Source: Octopus sinensis
Taxonomy: Eukaryota
Direction of reading: 5' to 3'
NCBI RefSeq assembly: GCF_006345805.1
Contig: NC_043009.1
Location: 34,658,001-34,722,000 of the forward strand
Length of the DNA stretch: 64,000 nt
The position numbers and the translations under genes were made by a program. Under the pieces are notes generated by a model. The model was not told where the DNA came from. It saw nothing but the letters and a program-made list of their open reading frames with translations, and ran no database searches. Positions 26,386 to 40,189 of this stretch are shown here, one piece after another. Numbering within the stretch: the stretch's first letter is position 1; each line of letters starts with the position of its first letter.

Positions 26386-27042
26386 GTATCTCGCTAATGT
26401 GTGTGTGTGTGGTGTGTGTGTGTGTACGTGAATGTAATTTATGCACGTCCACAAATTAGCATGCATGTCGCTCCAATTTTAGGAGGACATTCGTCACGAT
26501 CCTAGCTATATTTTCGTCAAATTATTTTTCCCAAGCGGTTAAAGTCGATTTTCAACCATAACTTTTACCAATTTGGAAGTTTGCTAACACAAGTTAAGTC
26601 CCTTCTTGCCATAGCGAAGTGAAAATGTGTGTGTGTGAGGGAGAGAGAGAAGTTGTGTGTTGATGCATGATTGTTTGTGTGAGGGAGAGAGAGAGTGAGT
26701 GACAGCATTCACTAACAATAAAAATGTAAATTTCTTAAACACGAGATATAGTCTTCAAATTTAGGATGTTTTTGAAAGACACTTTATTTTATAATCAGAT
26801 TATATATACTTTCTCACACGACAATTAAAATATACTTATTTTAAATAACTTATTTATTTATTTTAAATCGGTCATCTTTCTCTCCCCCTCTCTCAAACAC
26901 ACACATTACTTTGAGTGCGAAAAAGTTTTGATTTTACTTTGCGCCGAGGAAAAAAGTGTTTTGTTGAGAATCCATTTCTTTAACAACAAAGAAACAACGA
27001 GGTAGGTATCAATTTGTCAGTGAATTACAATATAAATGGGTA

Positions 27043-27478
27043 AAATTTCCGAGGCTTCCACCACACCCATTCCGTTTTTCGGATCACAAAAAGGGTTTTG
27101 TAGCATATTAAGAGGTCAGAGTAGTTGATTCCACGCAAAAAATCCGATTTTCTTTTCTTAGTGAAAATCGTGCAAGTGTTATCTAAAAATTTGCCTGGAG
27201 TTTTTCATTGTAAATTTGAGATTAAAAACAAATGTTTTCCATATTCTTAATCTCCGTATTTTCCACGTACATTGAAAAATAGATGGTGAAAAGATCAATG
27301 GGTGTGTGTGTGTGTGTGTGTGAAATTTCCGAGGCTTCCACCACACCTCACCCCATTTTTCGGACCACAAAAAGGGTTTTGTAGCATATTACGAGGCTAA
27401 GGTAGTTGATTCCCCGCAAAAAAATCCGATTTTAAAAAATTCTTAGTGAAAATCGTGCAAGTGTTAATCAAAAAAATT
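27043..27478. repeat. Direct repeat of about 150 bp (27043-27190 and 27323-27478) inside an unclassified repeat
   Basis: AAATTTCCGAGGCTTCCACCACACC..GTGAAAATCGTGCAAGTGTTA occurs twice. Confidence 0.9.
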
Positions 27479-27692
27479 ACCAACCTTTTTTCTATTCATT
27501 TCTGTTTATGAAATTCTCTGTAAGTAATTTTGTTTTCTCGGTAGTCAAGGCAAATGATGACTGGCAAAGCAACAGTGCCCTAATGCCGATATATTAAGTA
27601 CCAGTACCTTGACCTCTAGTAGAAAGGATCATCATCATTATCATTATCATTATTAGTTTATTAATCGAGGTTTACTGAGTATATCAAAGTTT

Positions 27693-28080
27693 ATGGATGG
27701 AAGCACTCCGTCGGTTACGACGACGAGGGTTCCGGTTGATCCGATCAACGGAACAGCCTGCTCGTGAAATTAAAGTGTAACTGGCTGAGCACTCCACAGA
27801 CACGTGTACCCTTAACGTAGTTCTCGGGGATATTCAGCGTGACACAGAGAGTGACAAGGCCGGCCCTTTGAAATACAGGTACAACAGAAACAGGAAGTAA
27901 GAGTGAGAGAAAGTTGTGGTGAAAGAGTACAGCAGGGATCACCACCATCCCTGCCGGAGCCTCGTGGAGCTTTAGTTGTTTTCGCTCAATAAACACTCAC
28001 AACGTCCGGTCTGGGAATCGAAACCGCGATCCTACGACCGCGAGTCCGCTGCCCTAACCACTGGGCCATTGCGCCTCCAC
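27693..28080 (-). mobile_element. SINE family B, full length, with 10-bp TSD
   Basis: A-box TGGCCCAGTGG and B-box GTTTCGATTCC; TSD ATCAAAGTTT at 27683-27692 and 28081-28090. Confidence 0.92.
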
Positions 28081-28654
28081 ATCAAAGTTTGTACTGAGTC
28101 CGTGGTGATATTTTAAGGGTGAAACGAAGAGATTTGGATGTAGAAGTAAATGTAATGTTAAAATACGGTTATTGTGTGTAATACGTGTAGAAAGTTCAGT
28201 ATAAGTATTAGGTTCGACTGTTGGAGGGACTAGAAAGAAGTATGGAAACAGAACGAAACAAAACTGTGACTCTATGGAAGATACTACTCTCTGTTTGAGA
28301 AAAATATTAGCTATAAACAAACAAAGCATTAAAAATTTTTTAGCATAATAAAACTGTAAGCATATAAAAAATATTATTTCGTACAGAAAATATTAGCTGT
28401 ATGTATAAAAAATTCATTAACTGTATGTATATAGAAGATATCAGTGCTTGCATAAAAATATTAGATGTATATATTAGCTGTATGTATAAATAATGTATAT
28501 ATTAGCTGTATGTAAAAATAATATATTGGCTATGTATATAAAGAATATATTTACTTCAATATACGAAGAGAATATTACTGTGTGTATAAGGAAAATATTA
28601 GCTGCGTATATAAAGAAATTATTTGCTGCATGTATAAAGACTATATTATGTCGT

Positions 28655-29180
28655 AATGGGCGTAGCTGTGTTGCTTCTCAACGACATGGTTCCAGGTTCA
28701 GTTCCCCATCACCGCTTGACAACCGGCGTTAGATTTTTTAAGTCTCCGTAACTTAGCGGTTCAGCAAAACAGATGGATAGAATAAGTACTAGGCTTAAAC
28801 AGTGAGACCTGGGGTCGATTTGTTCGACTAAAACACCTTAAGGCGGTACTCCAGCATGGCTACAGTCAAATGACTGAAATAAGTAGCAGAATAAAAGAAT
28901 ATGTGTGTATGTATGAGTGTGTGTGTGTGTGTTTGTGTGTGTGTGTGCATGCGCGTATGCGTGTATGTGTGTCTTTGTGCCTCTGTTTGTTCCCACCACC
29001 GCTTGACAACCGGTGTTTGTTTACGACCCGGTAACAGAGCGGTTCGGCAAAAGTAGCCGATGGAATAAGTACTAGGTTTAAAAAAATAAGTACTAGAGTC
29101 GATTAATTCTTCTTTAAATTCTTCAAGGTGGTGTTTCTGCATGACCGCAGTCAATTGACTGAAACAGATATAAGATAGTA
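28655..29180 (+). mobile_element. Old SINE family A with two tandem 3' modules
   Basis: CACCGCTTGACAACCGG..TGACTGAAA occurs twice. Confidence 0.7.
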
Positions 29181-29334
29181 AAATTAGAAAAAAAGAGAAC
29201 AGCGAGCTTACCGTGAAGCGATAAAAATCCAACGTTTCGGATAATGCCCTACTGGGAAAAATTGAAAGGAGAAAAATTAATGAGAGACAGCGGTTTTGCA
29301 TCCTTTAATTAACAAAAAGAAAAACAAATAAATA

Positions 29335-31280
29335 AAAATCGAAATGAAATTTGGCGAAGAAAAATGCGTTAAATCATCCCTGAAGAGTGGAAAATTAATC
29401 AAGGTTGCTACTCTCATACTTTATAAAGAAACTGGGATGAGTGAATTAAGTCGACCGCTGACTTGCAAATCGTTGTGAGTGAATGCACTACATATGTACA
29501 ACACATACAAATGAAAGAAAAAGTTAAATGCATTAGATTAATACATGAAACAGATTAATACGTGAAATATGCATTGACAGTTCAACCAGCACACATATCT
29601 ACCAACACCGGGAAATCTCTTAGCTCAAAAAGACTTGTTGCTTTGTTAGGTATTGGCTAGAATGCTCTTAAGAACTTAAATAAACTCGAAGAAAAATCAT
29701 ATAAATCCATCCATCCGTCCATCCATTCATCCATCCATTCACCGTACATACATGCGTACGTACATACATACATACATACATAGGATATAGGGTAGGAACT
29801 TTGTCAAGGTAAATGTTACGATATGTTTGTGAAAAGAGGGAAAACTGTAAACCAAACCAGCAACACCTCTATTAATGACTGAACTTTTCCCCCTATATCT
29901 GATAAAGAATTTTACGGGCATCTAGGGGTGGATGAATACATCTTACAATGGCGCCTGTAGCAAAACATGTGTCGTTAAAGAGTATTACAGCCGAATAAAG
30001 TAACTCTATGCATTCAATAAAACAGTGACCCACAATGTGTTTGCAGCACCAATACTCATAACATTTGATTTACTTCATTGGACGCTTCACATCTGAACCA
30101 TTGATGTGAAAATCCGGAAGATACTAACCAGATAATTTCCACATTAACAGCGATGTAGACTGCCGCTGCCTAAAAAAAAAAAAAAAAGAGGGAAGAAGCT
30201 TAAAATAGATCCAGACCGCTTTTGAGTATCGTATCATATCCTTTTGGCAATATCTTTTAACCTACATGCCCAAAGACTTTACCGCAACGTATCATCAAAT
30301 GAAAGGACGAAGACCATGTATAGATATGTTAGAAGAAAGCCCCGCGACGGTAGTAACATTGATCATATAAGCAGTCTATCATGAACCAACGACCGGATTA
30401 CTAACTCCCACTTTGGAGGGTATGTGTACACTTTTGTGCAACAGGAAATATCAACCAAATACCTGATGCACAAAAGACACAGAGGCACGGGAAAAACAGC
30501 AAAATATGATAAACGATGCAGAACTTGTGCGGTTAACACTGGCGATATCAATCACATCACGAGCAGTTGTCCGAAAATGTTATCACGGTATTATCCATCG
30601 ATGAAACATAATGTTATAGCTAAGACACTGTATAATGAGATCTGTCTGGAGGCTAAACCCGAGGCCAAAGAAATAAGAACCCACAGTATGGTAGAAGCGT
30701 TAGCCATTCATAATAAAAAGGAGTACTGACGGAATGTCTCAGTGAAAACCCCAATAAAATGTAAACATAATAGACTTGACAGTGATTTGCGATATAGAAA
30801 AGAAACTGTACAGTTGAGGAAATCAGCACCCCAGCTGATATTAACATAAAACTGAAGATCAGCGGAAGAGAAAATACCTACGCTGCACTATGGAGAAATC
30901 CACAGTTATTCTATCCATATTACGCGTTCAGGTTTATACCTGTAAATATTGAGGCATTGGGATATGTAACACGCTGCCTAAGTACCAATCTTGTAAAATT
31001 GGGTTTCTCAAAATCAGAAAGAAGGCTGATTCGAAGACTACAGATCGAAGCCGATATTTAGCATTGTAAAAATCTACAAATCTTTCCAGAAGTTTATCAT
31101 TTAAGTATATATGAGCATGTTTAGACAAGCAATACATACATAAAACAAAACATAACAATTTACGCACATACATACAAAAAAATACTCTGTTGATGTTGAA
31201 ATTCCAATGAAGGAGCCTTGGATCTAGGTTAGAAACGGGCTTTCCTTATTGTCAAGGAATCTTGAAAGAAAACCGAATAA
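29335..31280 (+). mobile_element. Decayed R4/Dong-like LINE fragments (RT C-terminus, CCHC, RLE, 3' UTR)
   Basis: EMKFGEEKC, FHINSDVD, CRTC..GDINHITSSCP..KHNVIA and EISTPAD. Confidence 0.8.
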
Positions 31281-31657
31281 TCACGCGCGCGCGCGCACAC
31301 ACACACACACACTTTTAAATATTAAATAACATTTTATAGGATATTCTCATACAAATGGGGAGAAAGGCAGAACTTTTTGGCACAACTCCACAATTACCAT
31401 GCTCCGTATTTGCTCCGTAAATTAGCAAGTGACGGAATAAAGTGTCTTTGTATCAAACAGATCCCTAAAAAACATACAAGTGATTTTTCCTTTCTAAACA
31501 ACTGTTATTGACTGACATCTTAATATACTCAACTTAGTAATGGGCTGATACATGCTCTAGTTATGTCCTGTATTACACCGTGCTGTAAGATTTTAATATA
31601 TGAACATTACTTTGTTAGTAATGTACTCGATATTGCGATAAACTATTCCCAATAAAG

Positions 31658-32005
31658 AATTGCATCGTGGAAGATGTTTATGAGCCATTTAAAAAACATA
31701 CAAAAACCGTTAGATTCACTTCAACATCCAAATTTAATTTGTGTCAAAATATTTTCTTCGCTTTGAAACCGCCACCTGTTCACTGACAAAATTTCGAGAT
31801 GCAGTACTAAATTTTGTGATTGAACAGGTGGCGGTTTCAAAGCGAAGAAAATATTTTGACACAAATTAGATTTAAATGTTGAAGTGAATCTAACGATTTT
31901 TGTGTGTTTTTATAAATGGTTTATAAACATCTTCCACGCTGCAATTGTTTTTGTTTCAGCACACGATCGCAGATCAAATCCCTTGCTATGCAAATACATC
32001 TCCGT
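31658..32005. mobile_element. Family G fold-back insertion with 14-bp TSD
   Basis: Arms 31658-31794 and 31809-31946 plus a 59-bp tail; TATTCCCAATAAAG at 31644-31657 and 32006-32019. Confidence 0.85.
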
Positions 32006-32399
32006 TATTCCCAATAAAGGTATATAGATATGTGATGTTATACAAATGATACATACTGAAAAATTTAATATTTGTTTTTGTTTGGCATCCACTTCCGGAA
32101 CTCCGTACATTTTCTTTTCCTTTCGCTTGTGCGTCTGGGTTCAATTACTTGTAGTGACATTGGTACTTGAAAAGTATCATACAATCATTCCGTTGGTTCT
32201 TCCATTTTCTTGGATTTGCTCTCAACGAATCTTTTTTAAGTTTATTCATGTGTCTCTTGTATGCCCCCTTTTTTTCCCTTTTTACAAGTATAGCAACTTT
32301 GTTTACCGCTCTTATATGCCGAAACAAATACCTTTTCACCAGTCTTGAAATATGTCGATGTACTATCCATTCCAAGCTTTCTTTTCTTTACTAGGCAGC

Positions 32400-32725
32400 A
32401 ATTTGTCGAAAACTGCTTTTATTTTCTTCGCAAACATCGACTTCATTGGTGACATGCCTGATGATGTGTTTAGATTTGGTACCACACATTATACTCTGAA
32501 GAATTTGTAAATGTAAAACGCCAACCTTTTAACTATGAAAAACTTTCTACGTGAGCTGTTTGCAAGCTCTGGCGCAATTTGTATCTTTTGAGTTTAAAAA
32601 GTTCTATAAAACGTTCCTAGTAGAACATGTAACTACGGCTCCATAAGATTCCAGATCTAACGGACAAGCAGATCGCTTTGTCGATACGTTCAAGTGAGCC
32701 CTAAGAAAGTAGAATAAGGAAGTTT
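32400..32725 (+). pseudogene. Gypsy-type integrase core fragment
   Basis: RSNGQADRFVDTFK*ALRK. Confidence 0.7.
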
Positions 32726-32729
32726 AGTA

Positions 32730-33683
32730 CACTCTTGATTTCTATTCTGTCTGTTTCGCACTTGTTTCACTTGGGAGCAATCTTGAATTTATTATGCTTT
32801 CACACTCTTCTGACACTTGTTGTAAGTTTGGCTTTGTTCCAGCTTAGCGAGAATTCTTGTTCTTACTTCTGCGTCTTTTCCTGCAGTTAGTCCTTGAGTA
32901 AATAGCAGGCACTTGATCATATCTGGCGTTAATTCGTCCAATTGAAATTTTCACATTGTCTGTTAACTCTCCTAGCATATGTGATGTAGTCGTCCTCGTT
33001 GTTCTTTTCTAGATTCAAGCATTTTCAGCGTGTTTTGAACAACGAGCATTTCTCGCTAAAAATTTTACACAAAATGCCTATTGTATTTCTAAAGTTTATG
33101 TTAGAAGGGTTTTCGGGAGTACGTAATTGCAGTAACGTTCATGTTCCCCTGCTGCCAGTTTTGTTAGGATTAGACGCATTTTCATATCGTCGTCCCAAAT
33201 TTTGCACTCTTTAGTACGCCTCAAAGGTAACTTCTTCGTCTGGGTCATACTTAAATTCCGTCATTGAATTAGCAACGTATCTGGCAAGAACATATTCTCA
33301 GCATTTTTGGACGGCTTACTATTCAGTAATTGCAGCATTTGTTATTGTAATAGTAATTGCTGTTGTTTTTCTTGCTGTTGTTCTTGCCGTTGTTGTTCCT
33401 GCTGTTGCTTTTCCTGCAGTTGTTGTTGTTGCTGTTTCTGCATAATGTTAGGGTTTTGTATACCGTAAATTTCGCACAGGAAACTCTTGTGAGTTTGTTT
33501 AATCGTCTTGAGTTTGTTAATTTCTCGCTGCCACTGTTGTAATCTAACATCAGACTGTTATAACGTCCACTTCAGTATAGCAGTATAGTTAGTTAGACAA
33601 GTAAAGCACGACTGTCTCTGACCGACTACGCCGACTTCTCGACGTTACAGTATTTGTAGCGACTACCACATACCACTCCCCTT
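32730..33683 (-). mobile_element. Gypsy (Mag-like) gag remnant with a short putative LTR at 33574-33670
   Basis: EFKYDPDEEVTFEAY, HERYCNYVLP, CLLFTQGL..DAEVRTRILAKLE and a Gln-rich N-terminus. Confidence 0.65.
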
Positions 33684-34316
33684 GTGGGAGGGGTGTTCCA
33701 TTATTATTGTTATCCACATATCAGTTACAAATATAAAGAAATATTCCTTTTTCACCTCTTCATGTGTAAGGGAAATAAAACAGTGACTGAAATGTAATTC
33801 CAAACTCAAATCGTAAATCAATACTAACTACCGAAATTATTGATACTTCCACCGTCTGTTACTCCGGTGTACTTTGCTTTATCTTGTAACATTTTACAAT
33901 TCTAAACTGAAATTAGAATTTTGATAAATTTAATAGCTTTAAAGATTTTTTTGAAATAATTCTCTCCTTTCTAATAACCGATTATTCGCTTTAGTTTATA
34001 ATCTGCTGCTAAATCCTATTCTTTTATGCTAATTACACTGGGTAACGCCAGTTTTGCTTCTCTAAATGTGCTTAGTGTTTCTAAGGTAATTTTTCTCTTG
34101 ATTTCAAAAATACTCTTGAAAATTGCATAGTATCAATATTTTAGGAGATAACTTCGGTTTTCTAGAGAATGGGAACAAAATTTAGCTGAGATAGTACTGT
34201 ATTCAAATTATTTACATTGTACATTAATAGGGACTAAAAATATGTTGTCCTAATATTCATTTTTAAACTAATGAGACATGTGAGCAAAACTATGATGAGA
34301 TTATAATAAGATTTTA

Positions 34317-35961
34317 CTAGAAATGCACCGAAGATCGTGCTCTCTTATTCTGAGTTCCTTTATCTTTACGCGACAATGACCATATATAGTCTCCCATCAT
34401 TGCAGTGTCCCATCTTCTTTGGTATATTTTCTCCATTGTAGCAATGTCCTGATGGAATCTCCCTCATTCACTTGACATAAGCATTCACGAAAAAGTCTAA
34501 ATGCGAATGCAAAAAGTGTACCTTTAATGACATCCTACTGCTAAAATTCTTATAACTCTCAATAAGTTTTGCTACGAACTGCTTGTAGTTTGTTATTACC
34601 AAGAAATCCATTGACAATACTTCAAAATGCACACCGTGCCCGTCTTTCTAGATCACTCATCACATTTTCAAGCTTTACTGACCTCAGCATTTTCTTTACT
34701 TGTGGTCCAGTAAATATAACATTCTTTTGCCTCTTTGGAAAGAGTAGACGAATCTCTTGAAATGTTTGGTCAAATCCAGCTTTATGTGAAGTGGAGTTAA
34801 TAACACTTTTGCAGGTTCTATAAGAGGTTGTCTTATGACATTTAGCGTTCCTGGCTGGAGGTCATCTCTTAGAGGCAACTCAGCCTTTTGGTAATGTTCA
34901 TGATCAGTCCTGCTGTCCCTTTGGCAAAGAAAATATGAATTCTTAGTGTACCCATCCTGTAATCCAAGTAAGAAGGCAAGCATTTTAAAGTCAGCACAAA
35001 CATCCCATTTACACTTATCATAGTTTACTTTATCAAGAAGCTCTTTTACATTGTCATATTCTTCCTTCATCTATACCGAGTATGCAATAGATAGGGATGG
35101 ATGCTGATTTCCATTGTCTAATAAAGCGGTTTTGAAGCTTTTTGTTGAGCTATCTCTGAAAAGTCGCCATTCTTCAGGGTTGTGATCAATTCCAGTAACT
35201 GTAAACAAGCCACTTTGCAGAAGCAGAGACACTCACTTATGTCAAAGTATACTGCAAATTACTCATGGCGCCTCCTGTATATTGTTAACCTGCAGTCCTT
35301 CCCCAAGAGATTCCATTAATGGTTCTTGGCTCAAATGATTCATCCATTTCTTCGTTGTCATCACCCCCAGACTCTCCTGCCGAGACCTCCATCATATCCA
35401 CTACCTGAAATATTTGAAAGGTTGCATTTAATAATTGAAACCTTAATAAGAATTTTATGTGTAATCACATATTATTTCAATATTGATTCTGTTACCATGA
35501 ATGAAATTTAGATTTGTTATTAACACTTTGATAGGATGTACTAACATTTTCTGGCGGCCGTGGAACTGGTAAGTTATTATCATGTGTCACTGATGCAACG
35601 GAGAATTGAATGCTGGGATACAGAAGGGCTTTTCTTCCCTTAACTCTTCTGTAGTTTGATATATCAACTATGCAAAAATAGCAATAAGCTTGATGATTTT
35701 TTGGCTCTCGCCAAACTCTCAGAACAGCAAAAAGCATTATTTTTCTTGTACCTCTAAGCCATCCATCAAAATTTGATCTACAATTCCCCATATCACATGA
35801 GAGGCCCATGGTTTTCCTTGTTCACCCATACTCAAGTCTATGAGCAATCTAGTACTTAGCACCTTTCACAATTTTGTATGCTACATGCTTGTTCTTCAAA
35901 CATAGTATCCGCACACATAGCAGAAGATATTTGGTGAATTTCTGCTTCTTCTCGTAACCAT
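34317..35961 (-). pseudogene. Chapaev3 transposase, frameshifted, with a putative intron at 35405-35545
   Basis: FCYVCG, WREPKNH..CYFC, LLGLQDGYTK, PLHIKL and GRFHQDIATMEK..W..MMGDYIW. Confidence 0.88.
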
Positions 35962-36385
35962 GGTCAGGAAAAATCGATGTTTACAATAAAAACCTGAAAA
36001 AGAAAGAAATGTGAGTGTCAAATGTACAGTGCTCGTGATCAAACAGTGATCAAACAGGTATAGTCCCCAAACCGAATGGAACGCTGGACAAAATATGGAG
36101 GGATGAGAGACAAAAGTGTAACACTTCCTTTCACTAGCCCTGGTAGCCACGAGAGCACTGAGGTATCTCTGTTGAGTATGCTGTGTGTAGCAGAAAGCGG
36201 TGACGACACTGCCTTTTCTCTTAAACCTTTCAATACTTTTATACGAATAATGAAGGTAAAATATAAACTTTAGGAATGAATGATTTATTAGTAGAACAGA
36301 AAAATATGTTTTACAGCAAGAGTTACGTTACGCAACGACCTGTGATCAAGTGATGTTAGAGCTTTTGTTTACGCAGGCAGTTTCC

Positions 36386-36535
36386 AGATGTACGATGATA
36401 TGTGTATATAATGATATGTGTATATGATGATATGTGATTTATTATATGTATGATGTATGATGTATGTATGATGTATGATGATATGTATGATGTATGATGT
36501 ATGATGATATGTAATGTATGATGATGTGTATATAT
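36386..36535. repeat. Degenerate (GATGTAT)n repeat inside the Chapaev3 element
   Basis: Directly visible. Confidence 0.85.
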
Positions 36536-37544
36536 TAGCATAATTCGACATATCTCACAAACGGTCATTGATAGAGAAAAAATAGCACATTGTTTGGAAT
36601 CAGCACAAAATTTCGAATTAAAATCACTCAAAGCAATGAGACAATCAACACTTTTCTGAAAATTTGTAACCCAATGTTATATTCAATTTTAAATAATTGC
36701 CATTATCATACACTTACCGCCCGTTATAGTTTTCATTATTTCCCTTTAAGTAGACCCACAAATAATTTATCAGTCCATTTACCCTTGTTCATTGTTGAAT
36801 AAGACTTGCTTTATTTTACTCACATATAATCTTGTCTAGCCAACATGGCGTTTATGTACGTACAGCATCATAAATTTGCTGTTTCTCAGTATTAATTCCA
36901 TTTTTGTCGCCTAGAGAAGCTGTTACGCTCGTTAACTCAAAGTAACTAAATATATAACTCAGCTGGAACAAATTAATTATACTTTATATGCATTGATTAC
37001 TATTTCTTCCGTTTTCAACGAATATACATTCATACATGCATATATATGTGTGTATGTGTGTGTGTATGTGCATATGTTTTAAATTATTTATCGATTATTT
37101 TTTAATAAAGATACGAAAACAAGAAATCAATATATTTATGCTAAGGAAACTTTGAAAGCTATGTCAGAAGTAAGGAAATTAAATCTTGAACAATAAACTT
37201 CAAGATTTAAACAAAAGCGGGTCATAGAATATTATATCTTCTCTTGTATTGCAATGAATAATTCTGCTGTGGTCGGAGTTGCAATACTCACACACACATT
37301 CGCATAGTCATACATACAGACATACACACACATATATAATATATATACTCATACGCACACATACACATTCAGATAACATCTTAGAGCATACTATACAATT
37401 CAAATGAGTCCAATCAGGTTCAATTCTCCGTTTGTTAGTTATTGCATCTGACTTCCCTCGTGTTTCTAATACTATCGAAATAACAGAATGTCACACTGTC
37501 CATTTTGTTCCCTAGTAAATGTCAGGATTTTGAATTCATTTCAT

Positions 37545-38489
37545 TTACATAATGATGATTGATTCGTTTATTGTATGAAAACTTCGAATGTCAAGTTATA
37601 CACAACAATAAACTGATAGATGCCTTCAAAATCAAAACTGGAGTCACCAATCTTATTTTCATTGACAGTGAATTGGTTGATGCAAAAGAACGACAGAAAA
37701 ATATAAACACAACTCAACCAGAAGATTTAGATTATGCAGAGGATATTCGTTTGTTCTCATACACGCCTCAAGAGTTACAAGACAAATCTGAAAGACTTAG
37801 TCAAATAGTCAACACCATAAGTGTAAAAATATATAAGATGCTGACCATGTGACTTTGAACGACAAACCAGTCGCAAATGTTGACGAATTTAAACTATCTA
37901 GGCACCAAAATAACAAGGTATGGAGACTGCATTGATGAAGTAAATACAAGAATCAATAAAGCCAACCAATCAGTCAGTATTTTAAACTCAACATGGGAAT
38001 CACGAATACACAGCAAGAGCACCAAAATCCGATTTTACAAAACCAACATTCTTAGCATCCTCTATGGATCCGAATCTGAAAAACAACTAAAAGTATTGAA
38101 AAGAAATTGGAGGTGTCTCAAATTAAATGTTTACGAAACATTTTGAAGGTCTACTGGCCTAATATGATTTCGAATAGCCAACTACACACCAAAGCTAAAG
38201 TGAAACCAATAAGAGAAACTGTTGAAGCAAGGAGATAGAAATGGTTGAGTCGAGTTTGTCGCTGTAAACCGAACTCTGTTGTCAGGATCGTTTTGCAATG
38301 GGTTCCAGAAGGTAAAAGAAGACGTGGCAAACCAAAGGAAACGTAGCAGAGAACAATAACAAAAGATCTTAAAAGAAGAGGGTTAACAATGGAACAAGCT
38401 GTCAAGGACGCTTTTAGTATTAGAAGATGGAATGATCTTGCTGTCGCTTCAAGTACGGCAGAGCATAATGAGAACCGGATGAATGAATG
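37545..38489 (+). mobile_element. 5'-truncated RTE-clade LINE (RT C-terminal half)
   Basis: FKIKTGV, DLDYAEDI, NYLGTKIT, RINKA, LYGSE, QWVPEGKRRRGKPKET and a (GAAT)n tail. Confidence 0.85.
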
Positions 38490-39584
38490 TTGCTCAGTTT
38501 AACATCATGAACAGCTCTTCTCTGTCTTTTGCTGAGTGCATTCTGTTGCAGACATTCAGTTTAGATCTGTTTGACAAGGTGCTGTATTCTATTCTACCCC
38601 TCTCTCTATGTCTCTAAGTGTAACTCACCAGAGTTCTAGTCTTAGGGTAGATAATTCAATATTTTCTTGCGTTGCTTCTTAACACATCAGCAACTCATGA
38701 TTTGTAGTTCCATGCCCCCTTTCTCATACAAGGCTATGCCAAAGGTCAAGGTCACCACTTGTCAAGGCTATAAAATAAACCATAAAAATATATTAAAAAA
38801 GATATAATTTGACTCCGTACAAGAAACTTTATAAGCGTTCTGTCGATTACAATAATGGCTGTAATCTGATCATACACAATATTGATTTCTAACATAGGCT
38901 CAGGAGTAAAACAATATTAGGGTGAAGTGTATGCGGGTTGAGAAAATCAATTATGTACTAGATTTTTTACTGTTTAGATAAGGAGGGAGAAGGAGGGTGT
39001 CATGTTCCTTTTTTTAAGAACCGCTGAGAGTGTCGGGAGCAAGAAACGTGGAATGATTGCCTGCAAGAAAGGGAATTTCACCTACAATATCCAAGGACTA
39101 GTTAACAGGGGTTAAATAGAACATTTATGCGCAAGAAATAATGCTACAAAGCATCTTATGCAACAGTTCTACAATCCTATAATCCCTTTCTCAGGACTAT
39201 TCAATTATTGACTGCTAAAGGAGAAAAAGTAAAGTGAACTTTGAACTCAGAATGTAGACAACCAGAGCAAGGTAAACATTTTGTTCTACAGACTAACGAT
39301 TGAATTAGCAAAGTCATGTCAAGTGAACTCTGTTGAGATTCAGACTCACAAAAGAGAAGTAGAAACAAAATACTTGAAGACAGTTTCTTATTTAGAAGGA
39401 ATATAACCAATGGAGAGGGAGAGGGGCAGACATAGAGGGGGATGAGAAAAATATATATCATATATGCTTACAAAGATACGTAAATGCCTTTCTAATATTT
39501 TATATATATGTTATATTGTGGAATTTGATTTAGTATTTCTAAATTGAATTATTTTTCCTTGTAAGTTTGGATTTTATTCCATCA

Positions 39585-39629
<45 letters not shown>

Positions 39630-39631
<2 letters not shown>

Positions 39632-40140
39632 AAATATCTCATCTTAACTGATTGGAAGTGTTATCATGTACATTGTTTTGTCTTGGTATAAAAGATGGGC
39701 TACAGCAAATATTCTGCTCAATACCACAGATTTGCTTGTCAGTTGTTTGACCTTAACCAGTTGAGCATGCCCCTTAGTGGCTGACGATATGTGCATCTCT
39801 GATCACGAGCAGAAGTAGTGGGGGAGCATCATAGCCATGTGTTGAGAAGGATTCTTTGGGGTTTGAATAATTCCCCTTTGGAAACATGGGTGTTTCGTTC
39901 AACATCCTTAAACAACCCTTATTCAGGGACCGTTTGAGCGGAATGGGCTACTCAACCTGAAGAAATTTCTAACTGGGCCCCACCTGCAAGGTCATGTGCT
40001 GTTTATCTTGATATGAGATCACCATGTCGCGCACATATGGTTGTGTACCCTTATCAGACGGGTAGTTATGATGGGTATACTGGGCTTCGTATATTTTACC
40101 CCAGTGTCACTTTGATGGCATGCTCTGCTCGCTCACTCAA
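39630..40140 (+). mobile_element. Family D repeat (longest copy) inside (TAA)n
   Basis: Flanked by (TAA)n at 39585-39629 and 40139-40157; matches 2185-2575. Confidence 0.85.
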
Positions 40141-40150
40141 TAATAATAAT

Positions 40151-40186
<36 letters not shown>

Positions 40187-40189
40187 GGA

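Larger units (their letters stand above)
34036..36676 (-). mobile_element. Chapaev3 (CMC superfamily) DNA transposon with complete ends
   Basis: Termini CACTGGGTAAC and GTAACCCAATG with a 3-bp TTA TSD (34033-34035 and 36677-36679). Confidence 0.88.

Noticed and set aside
28010-28080. tRNA-like sequences at SINE heads
   Set aside because: They lack a complete cloverleaf and continue into SINE bodies with TSDs
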